Positions 7,673 to 16,075 are shown, counted from the first letter of the stretch. The stretch: 48,116 nucleotides of DNA from Planctomycetota bacterium (GCA_965222115.1 CBDCTJ010000006.1:1-48116); one strand, 5' to 3'. The notes: generated by a model from the sequence alone, not told the origin. A program made the numbers and translations.

Positions 7673-10029
7673 AACCTTACCTCAAATACCGTAGATGACG
7701 GTTCTTGGTAGTTTAGCGTAGAAGGTGCTGGTTCACTGTAGTCTAAAGTAGCAGCATCTGGATCATTATAGTTCAGGGTAGACTCAACTACTACTGTGGA
7801 GCCAGTAAACCGCGTGGAAAAGGAAGCTTCAGCACTCGCGTGTACAACGGATAGTTGAGCATTACTTGATCCTGAAAAAACAGAATCAGGCGAAAAGGTC
7901 GCTAACGAGCCAACAGATACTGCTGACAAACTGGCGTTAGTAGTAGCAGTAAAGGTTGGTGCAAACGTAGACGTAGAATCACTAACTACTATATGAAGAC
8001 TAGAGTGCGATGTTGCAGTGAATGTAGGCGATATGCTAGACGCACTCACTGAGGAACTGGCTATACTAATGCTAGAAGAAGAGGTAGCCGAACTAGACCC
8101 AGGATCAAACTGTGCACTAGAGCTAGATGCAACAATACTTAAGTTTTGGTCAGCGTTTGCGCTAAACACTGCTGCAGCATACACTGCTGTAGCACTACTA
8201 GATACCGTACCTACAGATCCAGACGCACTTGCAGTGAAAACAGGTGCTGTATGGGTAGCGCTAGATGAAGACTCTACAGATGCAACATTACTAGACGAAG
8301 TAGCAGTACGAGTAGGCTCAGTGTGGGTTGCAGTAGCACTACTCGATACAGAGCCAGCTACAGATGAGCCTGTTGCCGATCTTATCACATTTGAAAACGC
8401 TGCAGTAGCATTTGACGAAACTAGTCCTAACGCACTAGCTGACGTAGCAGAAAACGAAGGCGCTTCGTGTGATGAAGTAGAGCTAGACTCAACAATACTA
8501 ATAGAAGATGCGCCAGTGGCTGTGAATACTGGTGCAGTAGACGATCCGGTACTTGAACTCGTGACACTGCCTGCAACCCCATCAGAAGTAGCTGAACGCA
8601 CCACGGTAGACACAAGACCGGTAGCACTAGAATCTACTATGCTAAGTGAACTAGCCACAGTAGCTGTAAATACTGGTGCAGAATGGGTCGCTGTAGCAGA
8701 AGTGTCTGCTAGACTTAAGTCTGAACTTACTGAACCTGTTCTAGTAGCGGCAGAGTAACTTGCCGAAGCACTGGAAACCACCCCGCCCTTTAAGATAGAA
8801 GAGGTGGCGGTGAAGACAGGGGTTGTAGTAGTGCCAGTCGAACTAGACTCTAGTAAGGACAACTCACCTGAAGCGTTAGCAGTAAACACAGGTGCTGTGT
8901 GAGAACTAGTAGAATTAGACTCGACAATACCTAGAGACGCGGTTCCAGTGGCTGTAAACGTAGGCTGTGCGCTAGTGGCGCTTGATGCACTTTCAGCAAA
9001 GGTTTGGACAACACTGTCTGAAGTCCCACTGAATGTGGGCGCGACATTAGTACCGGAAGACGAAGATTCTACTACACTAAGGGTAGAAGCAGCTGTAGCC
9101 GTGAATACCGGCGCTGTGTAAGAACCGGTGCTTGAGGATTCTAGTACAGAAAGAGAACCACTAGCAGTTGCAGAGAACGTTGGCCCTGCGTGAGTAGCGG
9201 AAGAATTACTACCAACTACACTTAACTGGTTAGCGGCACTAGCAGTAAAAACCGGAGTTGTATGAGTTGCAGTACCAGCTGAGTTTACTGATGCAGCACT
9301 AGCACTTGCTGTAGCTTCCCGTGTCGCCAATGAGAAAGTTGCTGTAGCGCTAGATTGAATAGAGCCTGCGTCGCCAGCTGCTGAAGCAGTTCTAGTAGGA
9401 CCAATAAAGGAAGCAGAAGCGCTAGAACTTACACTGCCAGCAGAACCACTAGCTGTAGCGCTTCTTGTAGGAGCAGTGTAAGAAGCTGTAGCTGACGAGG
9501 TTCTTGGGGCAACTACACCAGCTGCAGTAGCTGTGAAGGTAGCAGCTGGTACGTCAGCTTCCCACCAAATAGCACCGATCTCGCAGCCGGCACGTTTGGA
9601 CGGGCTACCTCCTCCGCCACTAGTCTGGACTACTGCACACTCTACATTAGACCCGTCAGCAGTGGATAATTGGTTAGCGTTCCAGGTGGCGGTAACAACA
9701 GTCCCTGGGTCAGTAGCAGGTTCTGAATACGTGTTCAGAGTAGCGACAAGAACGCCACTCTCCCAAAGCTCAATCTTAAAGGGCGCCGTGTTAGTCCCGG
9801 AAGACGCAGCCCTTCTCATCCTTACTTTAAACGTTTGGAGCCCGGCCCCTACTGTTGGGTTACCAGACGGGGTATTGAACGCTACCCGAACACTTGTATC
9901 TCCGTTACCATCCCAAGCGCCCCAAAGAGTGTCGGCGTTATCTGGATCCTCGTTGATTCCACCGGACGTAATACTAGAATAGTTGGCGGAAGCCGCAATA
10001 GAGCTAATGGTGACATTCTCAATAGCCAT
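7669..10029 (-). CDS. Ser/Thr/Ala-rich repeat fibre protein
   Basis: 786 aa; ~160-aa N-terminal beta domain, 24 repeats of ~24 aa, three 10-aa C-terminal repeats. Confidence 0.8.
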   Translation of the reverse strand: MAIENVTISSIAASANYSSITSGGINEDPDNADTLWGAWDGNGDTSVRVAFNTPSGNPTVGAGLQTFKVRMRRAASSGTNTAPFKIELWESGVLVATLNTYSEPATDPGTVVTATWNANQLSTADGSNVECAVVQTSGGGGSPSKRAGCEIGAIWWEADVPAATFTATAAGVVAPRTSSATASYTAPTRSATASGSAGSVSSSASASFIGPTRTASAAGDAGSIQSSATATFSLATREATASASAASVNSAGTATHTTPVFTASAANQLSVVGSNSSATHAGPTFSATASGSLSVLESSSTGSYTAPVFTATAASTLSVVESSSSGTNVAPTFSGTSDSVVQTFAESASSATSAQPTFTATGTASLGIVESNSTSSHTAPVFTANASGELSLLESSSTGTTTTPVFTATSSILKGGVVSSASASYSAATRTGSVSSDLSLADTSATATHSAPVFTATVASSLSIVDSSATGLVSTVVRSATSDGVAGSVTSSSTGSSTAPVFTATGASSISIVESSSTSSHEAPSFSATSASALGLVSSNATAAFSNVIRSATGSSVAGSVSSSATATHTEPTRTATSSSNVASVESSSSATHTAPVFTASASGSVGTVSSSATAVYAAAVFSANADQNLSIVASSSSAQFDPGSSSATSSSSISIASSSVSASSISPTFTATSHSSLHIVVSDSTSTFAPTFTATTNASLSAVSVGSLATFSPDSVFSGSSNAQLSVVHASAEASFSTRFTGSTVVVESTLNYNDPDAATLDYSEPAPSTLNYQEPSSTVFEVRL
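7813..9543 (-). repeat. 24 degenerate tandem ~72-nt coding repeats (P-[VT]-[FR]-T-A-T-A...L-S-x-V-E-S-S-S-T-A-T-H-T-A)
   Basis: Counted by hand: 577 aa = 21 units of 24 aa, two of 25, one of 23. Confidence 0.85.
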
Positions 10030-10034
10030 ATTGC

Positions 10035-10229
10035 CTACTTAGTTTTCTTGAGCAACTTCCTCAAGAATTTTCGTTCTTCGATTACTTTGTGGTCAGTACT
10101 CTTACGTGGCAGATCCTTTAAGCGATTGAGGATTGTCGCGCGAGTGTATGAACTGGAAGCTTTAGCTTCAACTGTCACATTTAGGTCAATTAGAAGTGGG
10201 AGAGGCGGCGGTGTTGATGGTCTGGTCAT
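10035..10229 (-). CDS. Small basic hypothetical protein
   Basis: ATG at 10229, 1 nt after the upstream stop; fills the gap to the next gene. Confidence 0.55.
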   Translation of the reverse strand: MTRPSTPPPLPLLIDLNVTVEAKASSSYTRATILNRLKDLPRKSTDHKVIEERKFLRKLLKKTK

Positions 10230-10230
10230 C

Positions 10231-10650
10231 TTACTGTTCGTTGACCGTAAGCGTGAACGCGCTGATCGCCACTGTACCACCGGCAACGATCGACTTGTTG
10301 TCGAAAGTCATGTCAGGTGTGTCAGCAGCTTCACCGGCAGTGCCTTGCCAAATTACATTTGAATCAGAATCCTTGATTCGATAGTGCCCGGCATCGCCAG
10401 TTGCGTCTGCGTTAGTATCGCTAGTGATCGCACTAGCCGTAGCTACTCCTGCGGCAGCTGCACCAAATGCAGGATCGGAACAAGTAAGCGTTGCCAGCAG
10501 AGTTCCCGAGTCCGCAGTTGCGGGTGTCGCAGGCGGTGCACCAGTCCTGATCTCGATAGTACCAGCTCCGGCACCACCATCCACTAGATCCACAATTGCA
10601 TCGCACGCACCGTTCCGTGCGGCGGTTGAAATTTTCAAATTAGAGGCCAT
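10231..10650 (-). CDS. Small virion fibre/appendage subunit
   Basis: 139 aa Ala/Gly/Thr-rich; ARN...GTIEIRTGAPPA...LLATL...ADATGDAGHYRI pattern of phage structural proteins; GGGAG RBS. Confidence 0.75.
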   Translation of the reverse strand: MASNLKISTAARNGACDAIVDLVDGGAGAGTIEIRTGAPPATPATADSGTLLATLTCSDPAFGAAAAGVATASAITSDTNADATGDAGHYRIKDSDSNVIWQGTAGEAADTPDMTFDNKSIVAGGTVAISAFTLTVNEQ

Positions 10651-10796
10651 AATCGCTCCCGTACTGATATGCGCTCGGTTTACATAATAACGTACGGAAC
10701 AAAAAAGCTTCCAGTTGGGAGGGGTGTTTTCTTGTTGGGGCGAAAAATTCTCCGTATCGATAGCCTAAAGAAAATCTGAAAAAAGGCATATTGTCC

Positions 10797-10821
10797 TAAG
10801 TACTTGCTATATAAGTACTTA
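10797..10821. promoter_or_regulatory. Perfect inverted repeat TAAGTACTT-N7-AAGTACTTA, probable protein-binding site
   Basis: 9-bp arms in the divergent intergenic region; half-site matches the AAnnACTTA motif repeated at 12653-13020. Confidence 0.6.
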
Positions 10822-10854
10822 TATTAGTCAAGGTTGCAATGTCTAAATTATAAA

Positions 10855-10883
10855 TGTCACATGGCTCAAGAAAAGAGTATAAT
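10855..10883 (+). promoter_or_regulatory. Sigma70-like promoter
   Basis: TGTCAC-17 nt-TATAAT upstream of the + strand gene. Confidence 0.6.
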
Positions 10884-11013
10884 AGATATGTAACCAAGTG
10901 CACTTACAATGCACTAACTTACATGCTCTTTGACATTTTCATGCATCACACTGCAATACGTATGTAGGGCAGACCTTACTCTTCTCTCAATCAAGTCAAG
11001 AAAGGTCAATACT

Positions 11014-11352
11014 ATGTCACGTAACAGCAAAGCCACAAACACCGCAGTCAAGTCTCAGAGTGCTAAAGCAGTAGCTACAGCACAACCTGAGGTGCAGATT
11101 CAAGTTGTAAAAGTTGCTTCAAAAGAAGAAGCAACTATCAGGTTGCTAACACAACCAGTTGGCGATGGTATTCGTCGTTCCAACAATGAAATCACTGCTA
11201 TGCTTACCAAAACTTTTGGTTCGGCAAGTATAAACTGTGTACGATGGTACTCAAGCAAGCTTAGAAAAGATCCTAAGTATGCTATCAAGTACAAGATTGA
11301 AGATAAAAATCTCAATCTAACACCTCGTAAAGATCCTGTAAGCAGTAACTAA
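11014..11352 (+). CDS. Hypothetical protein with putative helical DNA-binding domain
   Basis: ATG 11014 with GAAAGG RBS; SNNEI...F...VRWY motif also present in 22810..23679. Confidence 0.75.
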   Translation: MSRNSKATNTAVKSQSAKAVATAQPEVQIQVVKVASKEEATIRLLTQPVGDGIRRSNNEITAMLTKTFGSASINCVRWYSSKLRKDPKYAIKYKIEDKNLNLTPRKDPVSSN

Positions 11353-11700
11353 CCCACAACATAAACCAATCAAGGTTTGCCCAAGTTGTAGTGTGATGCA
11401 TGAAGGTGTCAAAGATTTTTATTTCTTGATACAACCCATTCAACCTGGGATGCTTAGCATAAGGAGAGGAGGATTCTACCAATACTTTAGTGATACTTCC
11501 CATACTTACTATACCTAGTATGGTATACCACTACTTGTATTACTACTCTAGATTGTGTAGTATATCTTATATACTATATTCAAGGTGATATACCCCTAAC
11601 AGTTTTTATTTATCTCTAGTGCTATTTTAGTATGTACATATGATGTATCACAAGGTACAATACGTGTATAACACATACATGGAGATACACCTATAAGTAG

Positions 11701-12486
11701 CTAATCGTTGGAAACATCAACAATATGCTCGATCTTGTCATCTTGTGCCTTATTGGAAAGAGAGGGGGAGTCTGTCTGTGTGTTAGGGGTATTTTCCGCA
11801 GTTTGTTCCGTAGAGTCAGCTAATACTGCCCGTGGACTGGCATGTACCTCAATACCAAGTTCCCTAGCTTGTTTGACCAGCTCCTCATCTGAAACATCGT
11901 TTAGTGTTGGATCCCCTCCAGACTGCCCGCCAAAATTGAGCTGGGTAGGTCCGCCACCTGTATTGATATTCAAGCCAGATTTTTCGGAATTAAAACCGCC
12001 ATCTTTCATCAAAGCAGTGAGCAATCTTACTATATCCTTTCCATCGAGAAGCGCCACAATTCTTTCGGGCTCTAACTTACTCAATAATCTGTGGATCAGA
12101 CGAATAGTAGTACGTCTGTTTTCCAGTACTTGTATCCCTAGGGTTTTTTCCAAACCCCGACTAAGTTCTTCTGCTCGTTGGTCCCACCCATCGTTCTTTG
12201 CAAGTGCCTTAACACTTCGTGTAGTTAGTGCAAACTTAGCAGCTACTTGACTGTAATCACCTAGTTCAATGTAAGCAAAGAAAAGACGTTCTTTCAAAGC
12301 CATTGGCATTTTATGAAAACGAAGATGAAAACCATTCAAAGGTTGCTCAACAACAGCACCAGATTTAGGGTTCATAATACTGGCCCCTATATCATTAGGA
12401 TCCTGTATTCGAGCATGAAGATCACCTTCTTCAATACCCTCAGGCATGTCATCATCATCAAATTCTGAAAGATCAATTACACTCAT
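11701..12486 (-). CDS. terS: Probable terminase small subunit
   Basis: HTH-like YSQVAAKFALTTRSVKALAKNDGWDQR, helical middle, C-terminal NINTG...LNDVSDEEL, a typical TerS layout; same strand and upstream of terL. Confidence 0.65.
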   Translation of the reverse strand: MSVIDLSEFDDDDMPEGIEEGDLHARIQDPNDIGASIMNPKSGAVVEQPLNGFHLRFHKMPMALKERLFFAYIELGDYSQVAAKFALTTRSVKALAKNDGWDQRAEELSRGLEKTLGIQVLENRRTTIRLIHRLLSKLEPERIVALLDGKDIVRLLTALMKDGGFNSEKSGLNINTGGGPTQLNFGGQSGGDPTLNDVSDEELVKQARELGIEVHASPRAVLADSTEQTAENTPNTQTDSPSLSNKAQDDKIEHIVDVSND

Positions 12487-12652
12487 ACGTTACATCATAA
12501 CATTTGGTCCAAAACTGCCCGCTCCTTTAAGACCTAACCAGCGCGTATTTGACTTTGAAACTTGTAAAAGTAACTTTCAATGCTCTAGTTCTTATAACGC
12601 AACAAAAAAGTCTACAGCACATCACTGTACTAAAAATGCGCTAAAATGACAT

Positions 12653-13020
12653 AAACACTTACGACGCAATAACTTATAAAAACTCTTATTACGCAGAGGT
12701 AAATGTCTGCGCCTAAGAACTTTTAGCGTATATATAAAAACACAAATACGCTATTTCCAATTACCAGTATTCTGGGCCCTAAGGCCCTGGTATTGGGTAT
12801 AAGGCTTCGAAACATAAGAAAATGTCTATATATAATATTTATTTTTATGTAAAAGAATGTATTGTGTAGTAAGAACTTACGTAACGTGTTACAAACAAAA
12901 GACTTATGTCATTTAGCACAGTATTTCAACACAAAATGTAACTAAGAGCTAGAGCACCTAACGTCTTGTCTAATAAGCACTTGCGTCATTTCGCACATAC
13001 ATTATCGCGCCATAGACTTA
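12653..13020 (+). repeat. Six co-oriented AAnnACTTR-like motifs in an AT-rich non-coding region
   Basis: Copies at 12653, 12668, 12871, 12898, 12975 and 13012 (last with one mismatch). Confidence 0.6.
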
Positions 13021-13056
13021 GAGTTAAAATAAAACATCCACAAGCCGATTTTTTGC

Positions 13057-13085
13057 TTACATACTGGCCGCTCACACAGTATAAT
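13057..13085 (+). promoter_or_regulatory. Sigma70-like promoter
   Basis: TTACAT-17 nt-TATAAT followed by leader hairpin 13095-13118 and AGGAG RBS. Confidence 0.65.
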
Positions 13086-13139
13086 CTAAGTAACGAAGCA
13101 AGCAATCAGGCTTGCTTCAAGCAAAAGCTAGGAGCAATC

Positions 13140-13358
13140 ATGAAAACTGAATTCAAAATCGAAATTGAAACCAGCGATGGTGATAAAAACACATTACACT
13201 TCAACTTACCAAATGATGTACCAAGTACTGTATTGTATATTGTGCATCTAGCAGCTATTAGAATGCTGTGGATTTCGGACTACGTCCATTGCGACACTAG
13301 CTACCAAGTCTATGAGCGACATGATAATGAATGGGTACCACTACCCATCAGCGGTTAG
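13140..13358 (+). CDS. Hypothetical protein (paralogue of next gene)
   Basis: ATG 13140 with AGGAG RBS; 72 aa. Confidence 0.75.
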   Translation: MKTEFKIEIETSDGDKNTLHFNLPNDVPSTVLYIVHLAAIRMLWISDYVHCDTSYQVYERHDNEWVPLPISG

Positions 13359-13367
13359 GAGATTGCT

Positions 13368-13595
13368 ATGCACATATACTACAGAGTACGAGGCGAAACA
13401 GTAAATGGTTACAAGTTTGTAATAAACTACGAGCCAACTAAATCACATACACTTCGTGACCTAGAGCTGATTGCCTACAAACACTTATGGTACAATGGCT
13501 ACAGTCTAAAAGGTATGAAAAAATGGACTGTAGAACGTTTCAATCTTACAACAAAAAGATGGGTACCAACCAAAGTTAGCTCTAACCCTCAATAA
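13368..13595 (+). CDS. Hypothetical protein
   Basis: AGGAG RBS; 75 aa. Confidence 0.75.
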   Translation: MHIYYRVRGETVNGYKFVINYEPTKSHTLRDLELIAYKHLWYNGYSLKGMKKWTVERFNLTTKRWVPTKVSSNPQ

Positions 13596-13896
13596 CCAGT
13601 CCCTCAACCGAGCTGCGTACCTTCTTAAAGGGTACGCAGCTTATTTGCCATGCTCGATCCCCAACCCATGAACGAGCGTACCAGACAGGTATATCATCAA
13701 TATTGATACCGATAGGTACACCAGACGCTTGATCAACGCATGCTTCGCGCAATACTGCCCACACTTCAACACCTACTAAGTATACACATGAAGTCATTGG
13801 TTTTGTCAGTCTAGTACAGGCATCGACTATTTGATCCAAACCTGATTGTGGAGACAGCCACATAATGTCATAGTCAGGATGATCAATCATAATCAA
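13582..13896 (-). CDS. Hypothetical protein
   Basis: 104 aa; last gene of the tightly packed - strand array. Confidence 0.55.
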   Translation of the reverse strand: MIMIDHPDYDIMWLSPQSGLDQIVDACTRLTKPMTSCVYLVGVEVWAVLREACVDQASGVPIGINIDDIPVWYARSWVGDRAWQISCVPFKKVRSSVEGLVIEG

Positions 13897-14207
13897 GCAC
13901 CATCTATCAAATCACCTTCATTTGCCATAACTACACCAGACGTCGAAGGATCTGTACTCAAATCGGGTGCGTTTACAACAGAAGCACGACGTCCTGATGT
14001 TGAATCAAACACAAACGTAACGCCACCAGGCGAATCTGAAGCCGAGGTTTTCAAATCTATGACCACTATATTCAAAGAGTTTGGTAACAGCGGCGTAAAC
14101 GCAACACCCAAAGGTGCAACTCCTAATGCAACTACACCTCTAAGATTTGGTGGAATTTCACCAACCCCGCCGATATATGTGCCTCTTGTTCCATTCAATA
14201 CAGCCAT
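13893..14207 (-). CDS. Hypothetical Gly/Pro/Val-rich protein
   Basis: TAATG coupling to the upstream gene. Confidence 0.65.
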   Translation of the reverse strand: MAVLNGTRGTYIGGVGEIPPNLRGVVALGVAPLGVAFTPLLPNSLNIVVIDLKTSASDSPGGVTFVFDSTSGRRASVVNAPDLSTDPSTSGVVMANEGDLIDGA

Positions 14208-14515
14208 TAGAACACATCCGTACCGGCAGGTTCATCAACACCCGGGCCTGTTTTCAAAGCGCCATGAACTCGTATTTGCCAGTCTGGAGCTAAACCCCAA
14301 AAGAAAGCTAATGTCATAAAATGAACACCTCCAGCTGCTGCTGCTACAGCTGGATCTGTAACATAAATGTTTTGAACACCACCGGTAGTATTTATGAAAC
14401 CGAGAGTGTACCATCCTAGTATCGGAGAATGAAAGAACATCAAACCTTCAGTACATGAAACTGGCGCACCACCTGTTGTAGCCCACGTAAACTGTACATT
14501 ACCTCTGTAGCACAT
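14207..14515 (-). CDS. Hypothetical Gly/aromatic beta-rich protein
   Basis: 102 aa ATG ORF in operon register. Confidence 0.65.
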   Translation of the reverse strand: MCYRGNVQFTWATTGGAPVSCTEGLMFFHSPILGWYTLGFINTTGGVQNIYVTDPAVAAAAGGVHFMTLAFFWGLAPDWQIRVHGALKTGPGVDEPAGTDVF

Positions 14516-14526
14516 AAGAATTCCAA

Positions 14527-14742
14527 TTAAACCATTTCAGCTGATACCCACACTATAATAAGCTGGCGAGGCATCTGCTTCATTACTGGAGAGTGTAGTG
14601 GTAATACTTCTGACGGTTTGCAATCGCAATCACGATCGAAACGCACAGAAGTATTTGAACGTGATTGACATGGGCTCATTTGAATCACACCGATCTCAAC
14701 ACCGCATGCTTCACACTTTATTTTACCTTGCAGAACTATCAT
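14527..14742 (-). CDS. Small zinc-ribbon-like protein
   Basis: CEAC...CDC; ATG 14742 gives a short overlap with the upstream gene. Confidence 0.5.
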   Translation of the reverse strand: MIVLQGKIKCEACGVEIGVIQMSPCQSRSNTSVRFDRDCDCKPSEVLPLHSPVMKQMPRQLIIVWVSAEMV

Positions 14743-15034
14743 TTTCGAACTGGACCTTCCTGATCCCTTCGGCTTTTTCAATTTCGCGAGCTACTGCCCC
14801 AGCACTGGCGTTTGCTTTAATACCTGCTTGCATAATCACAGAATGACGCATCATCAATGCCTTTAGTTGACCAATGTCAAGACCATATTTCAAATGTAAT
14901 AAAAACGCCACTTCAGTCTCTCCCGCACATCTATCTCCTATAGGGCCATCCTTTAAGAACTTGGCGAGAAGACCACCGTTCATTCCTAGATCAAAGTCGG
15001 AAGACTGCCCGCCAATAAAGTTATTGTTATTCAT
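14723..15034 (-). CDS. Hypothetical protein
   Basis: 103 aa ORF in operon register. Confidence 0.65.
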   Translation of the reverse strand: MNNNNFIGGQSSDFDLGMNGGLLAKFLKDGPIGDRCAGETEVAFLLHLKYGLDIGQLKALMMRHSVIMQAGIKANASAGAVAREIEKAEGIRKVQFENDSSAR

Positions 15035-15233
15035 GTTTGATAGCTTTCAATACTTCACTACGTAGGTTTTTCTGTAAATGTTTTGTGTCTTTACCATCTA
15101 CAAGAGTCCACGCCAATTTGAGGTATATCTCATTAACAAGACGTGTAATATCCTTAGTATCTGTACTATCAAGTATTTTTAAGTTGAAAGTTGCAGAAAC
15201 TTCTAATTTGAAGTGCATTTCTATATCTGTCAT
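15027..15233 (-). CDS. Hypothetical protein
   Basis: 68 aa; ATGA overlap. Confidence 0.6.
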   Translation of the reverse strand: MTDIEMHFKLEVSATFNLKILDSTDTKDITRLVNEIYLKLAWTLVDGKDTKHLQKNLRSEVLKAIKHE

Positions 15234-15475
15234 ATGTCAGATCCTATTTGACTAGTAGTGGTAGTTTTAGGACCGCATATGGTACACTTACTTATAAACG
15301 GAGCATAACAACTTCCACAACCTGGGCATTGCCAGCCTTGAAGTGGTTTAGGCTGAACTGTACGTTCAGGGTTAGGTTCCTTTATTGGATCAAAGTCAGG
15401 GCAATCTTTTGTTGCATGTTGTCTACCACAACGAGCACAAAGTGGCCAATAAACATTATCAGGAAGTTTAGTCAT
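15230..15475 (-). CDS. Small double zinc-finger protein
   Basis: CARC-H-C and GWQCPGC...CTIC motifs. Confidence 0.7.
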   Translation of the reverse strand: MTKLPDNVYWPLCARCGRQHATKDCPDFDPIKEPNPERTVQPKPLQGWQCPGCGSCYAPFISKCTICGPKTTTTSQIGSDI

Positions 15476-15484
15476 AGCTTCGTC

Positions 15485-15664
15485 CTATTTAAGCATAGTC
15501 CATGCATCTTGTAAAATACAAAATGCAGAGATAAAAGGCCATACCAGGGCACCTACAAAAATAGCAATAACGTCTCCATAGTCTCTCGGAGAGTCGTCTT
15601 GCCACATAATAGCTCCAGTCTGATAGGCACCAAGCATATATAGAATAAACGTGAGGCTAGTCAT
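15485..15664 (-). CDS. Small membrane protein (not in ORF track, 59 aa)
   Basis: MTSLTFILYMLGAYQ...VIAIFVGALVWPFISAFCIL...MLK; fills the gap between neighbours. Confidence 0.65.
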   Translation of the reverse strand: MTSLTFILYMLGAYQTGAIMWQDDSPRDYGDVIAIFVGALVWPFISAFCILQDAWTMLK

Positions 15665-15863
15665 CGTCTACTTTTACAAAACGTGCACGTTTGCTTTTGA
15701 GCTCATCAATAAGCTTATCATACTTGGTGCCGTACTGGTCTGGTTCTGCATCAGGTGTGGTTTCTACGCATGATGCCATGCGAAATACACATAAACACAA
15801 AGTTATACAGAACACTGTGACTTGTAGTAGTTCCTTAGTGTTGACGTCTGCTTGTATACTCAT
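15657..15863 (-). CDS. Small membrane-anchored protein
   Basis: Hydrophobic LLQVTVFCITLCLCVF segment; TAATG coupling. Confidence 0.6.
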   Translation of the reverse strand: MSIQADVNTKELLQVTVFCITLCLCVFRMASCVETTPDAEPDQYGTKYDKLIDELKSKRARFVKVDDD

Positions 15864-16075
15864 TACAATGAACCTAATCCTTTCTTTACACCTGGATTAC
15901 CAGGTAATACTGGCGTCACCGCTTTTAGCTTCCATCCTAGTATCTTGCAGGTACTCCATTTCATATCATGCAATGGCATCTGTACCCACCAACACTGGCC
16001 GTTGTGGTACACGTTTACAAGTCCTGTCCATTTAGGCGTAGTAATCTTGAATACACCATGATGTGGTCTGTTCAT
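15863..16075 (-). CDS. Hypothetical Trp-rich protein
   Basis: ATG 16075 gives an ATGA overlap with the upstream stop. Confidence 0.55.
   Translation of the reverse strand: MNRPHHGVFKITTPKWTGLVNVYHNGQCWWVQMPLHDMKWSTCKILGWKLKAVTPVLPGNPGVKKGLGSL

Noticed and set aside
8018-8758. 246-aa + strand ORF (also 9533..9982, 9835..10362)
   Set aside because: Antisense shadows of the low-complexity fibre genes; no RBS or motifs.
7813-9543. CRISPR array or diversity-generating retroelement
   Set aside because: Repeats are degenerate and in-frame coding; no identical repeats with spacers and no reverse transcriptase.
11708-12250. 180-aa + strand ORF
   Set aside because: Antisense to putative terS, in codon register with it.
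12966-13139. N-terminal extension of ORF 12966..13358 (likewise 10930..11013)
   Set aside because: 12966 lies upstream of the promoter; RBSs point to ATG 13140 and ATG 11014.
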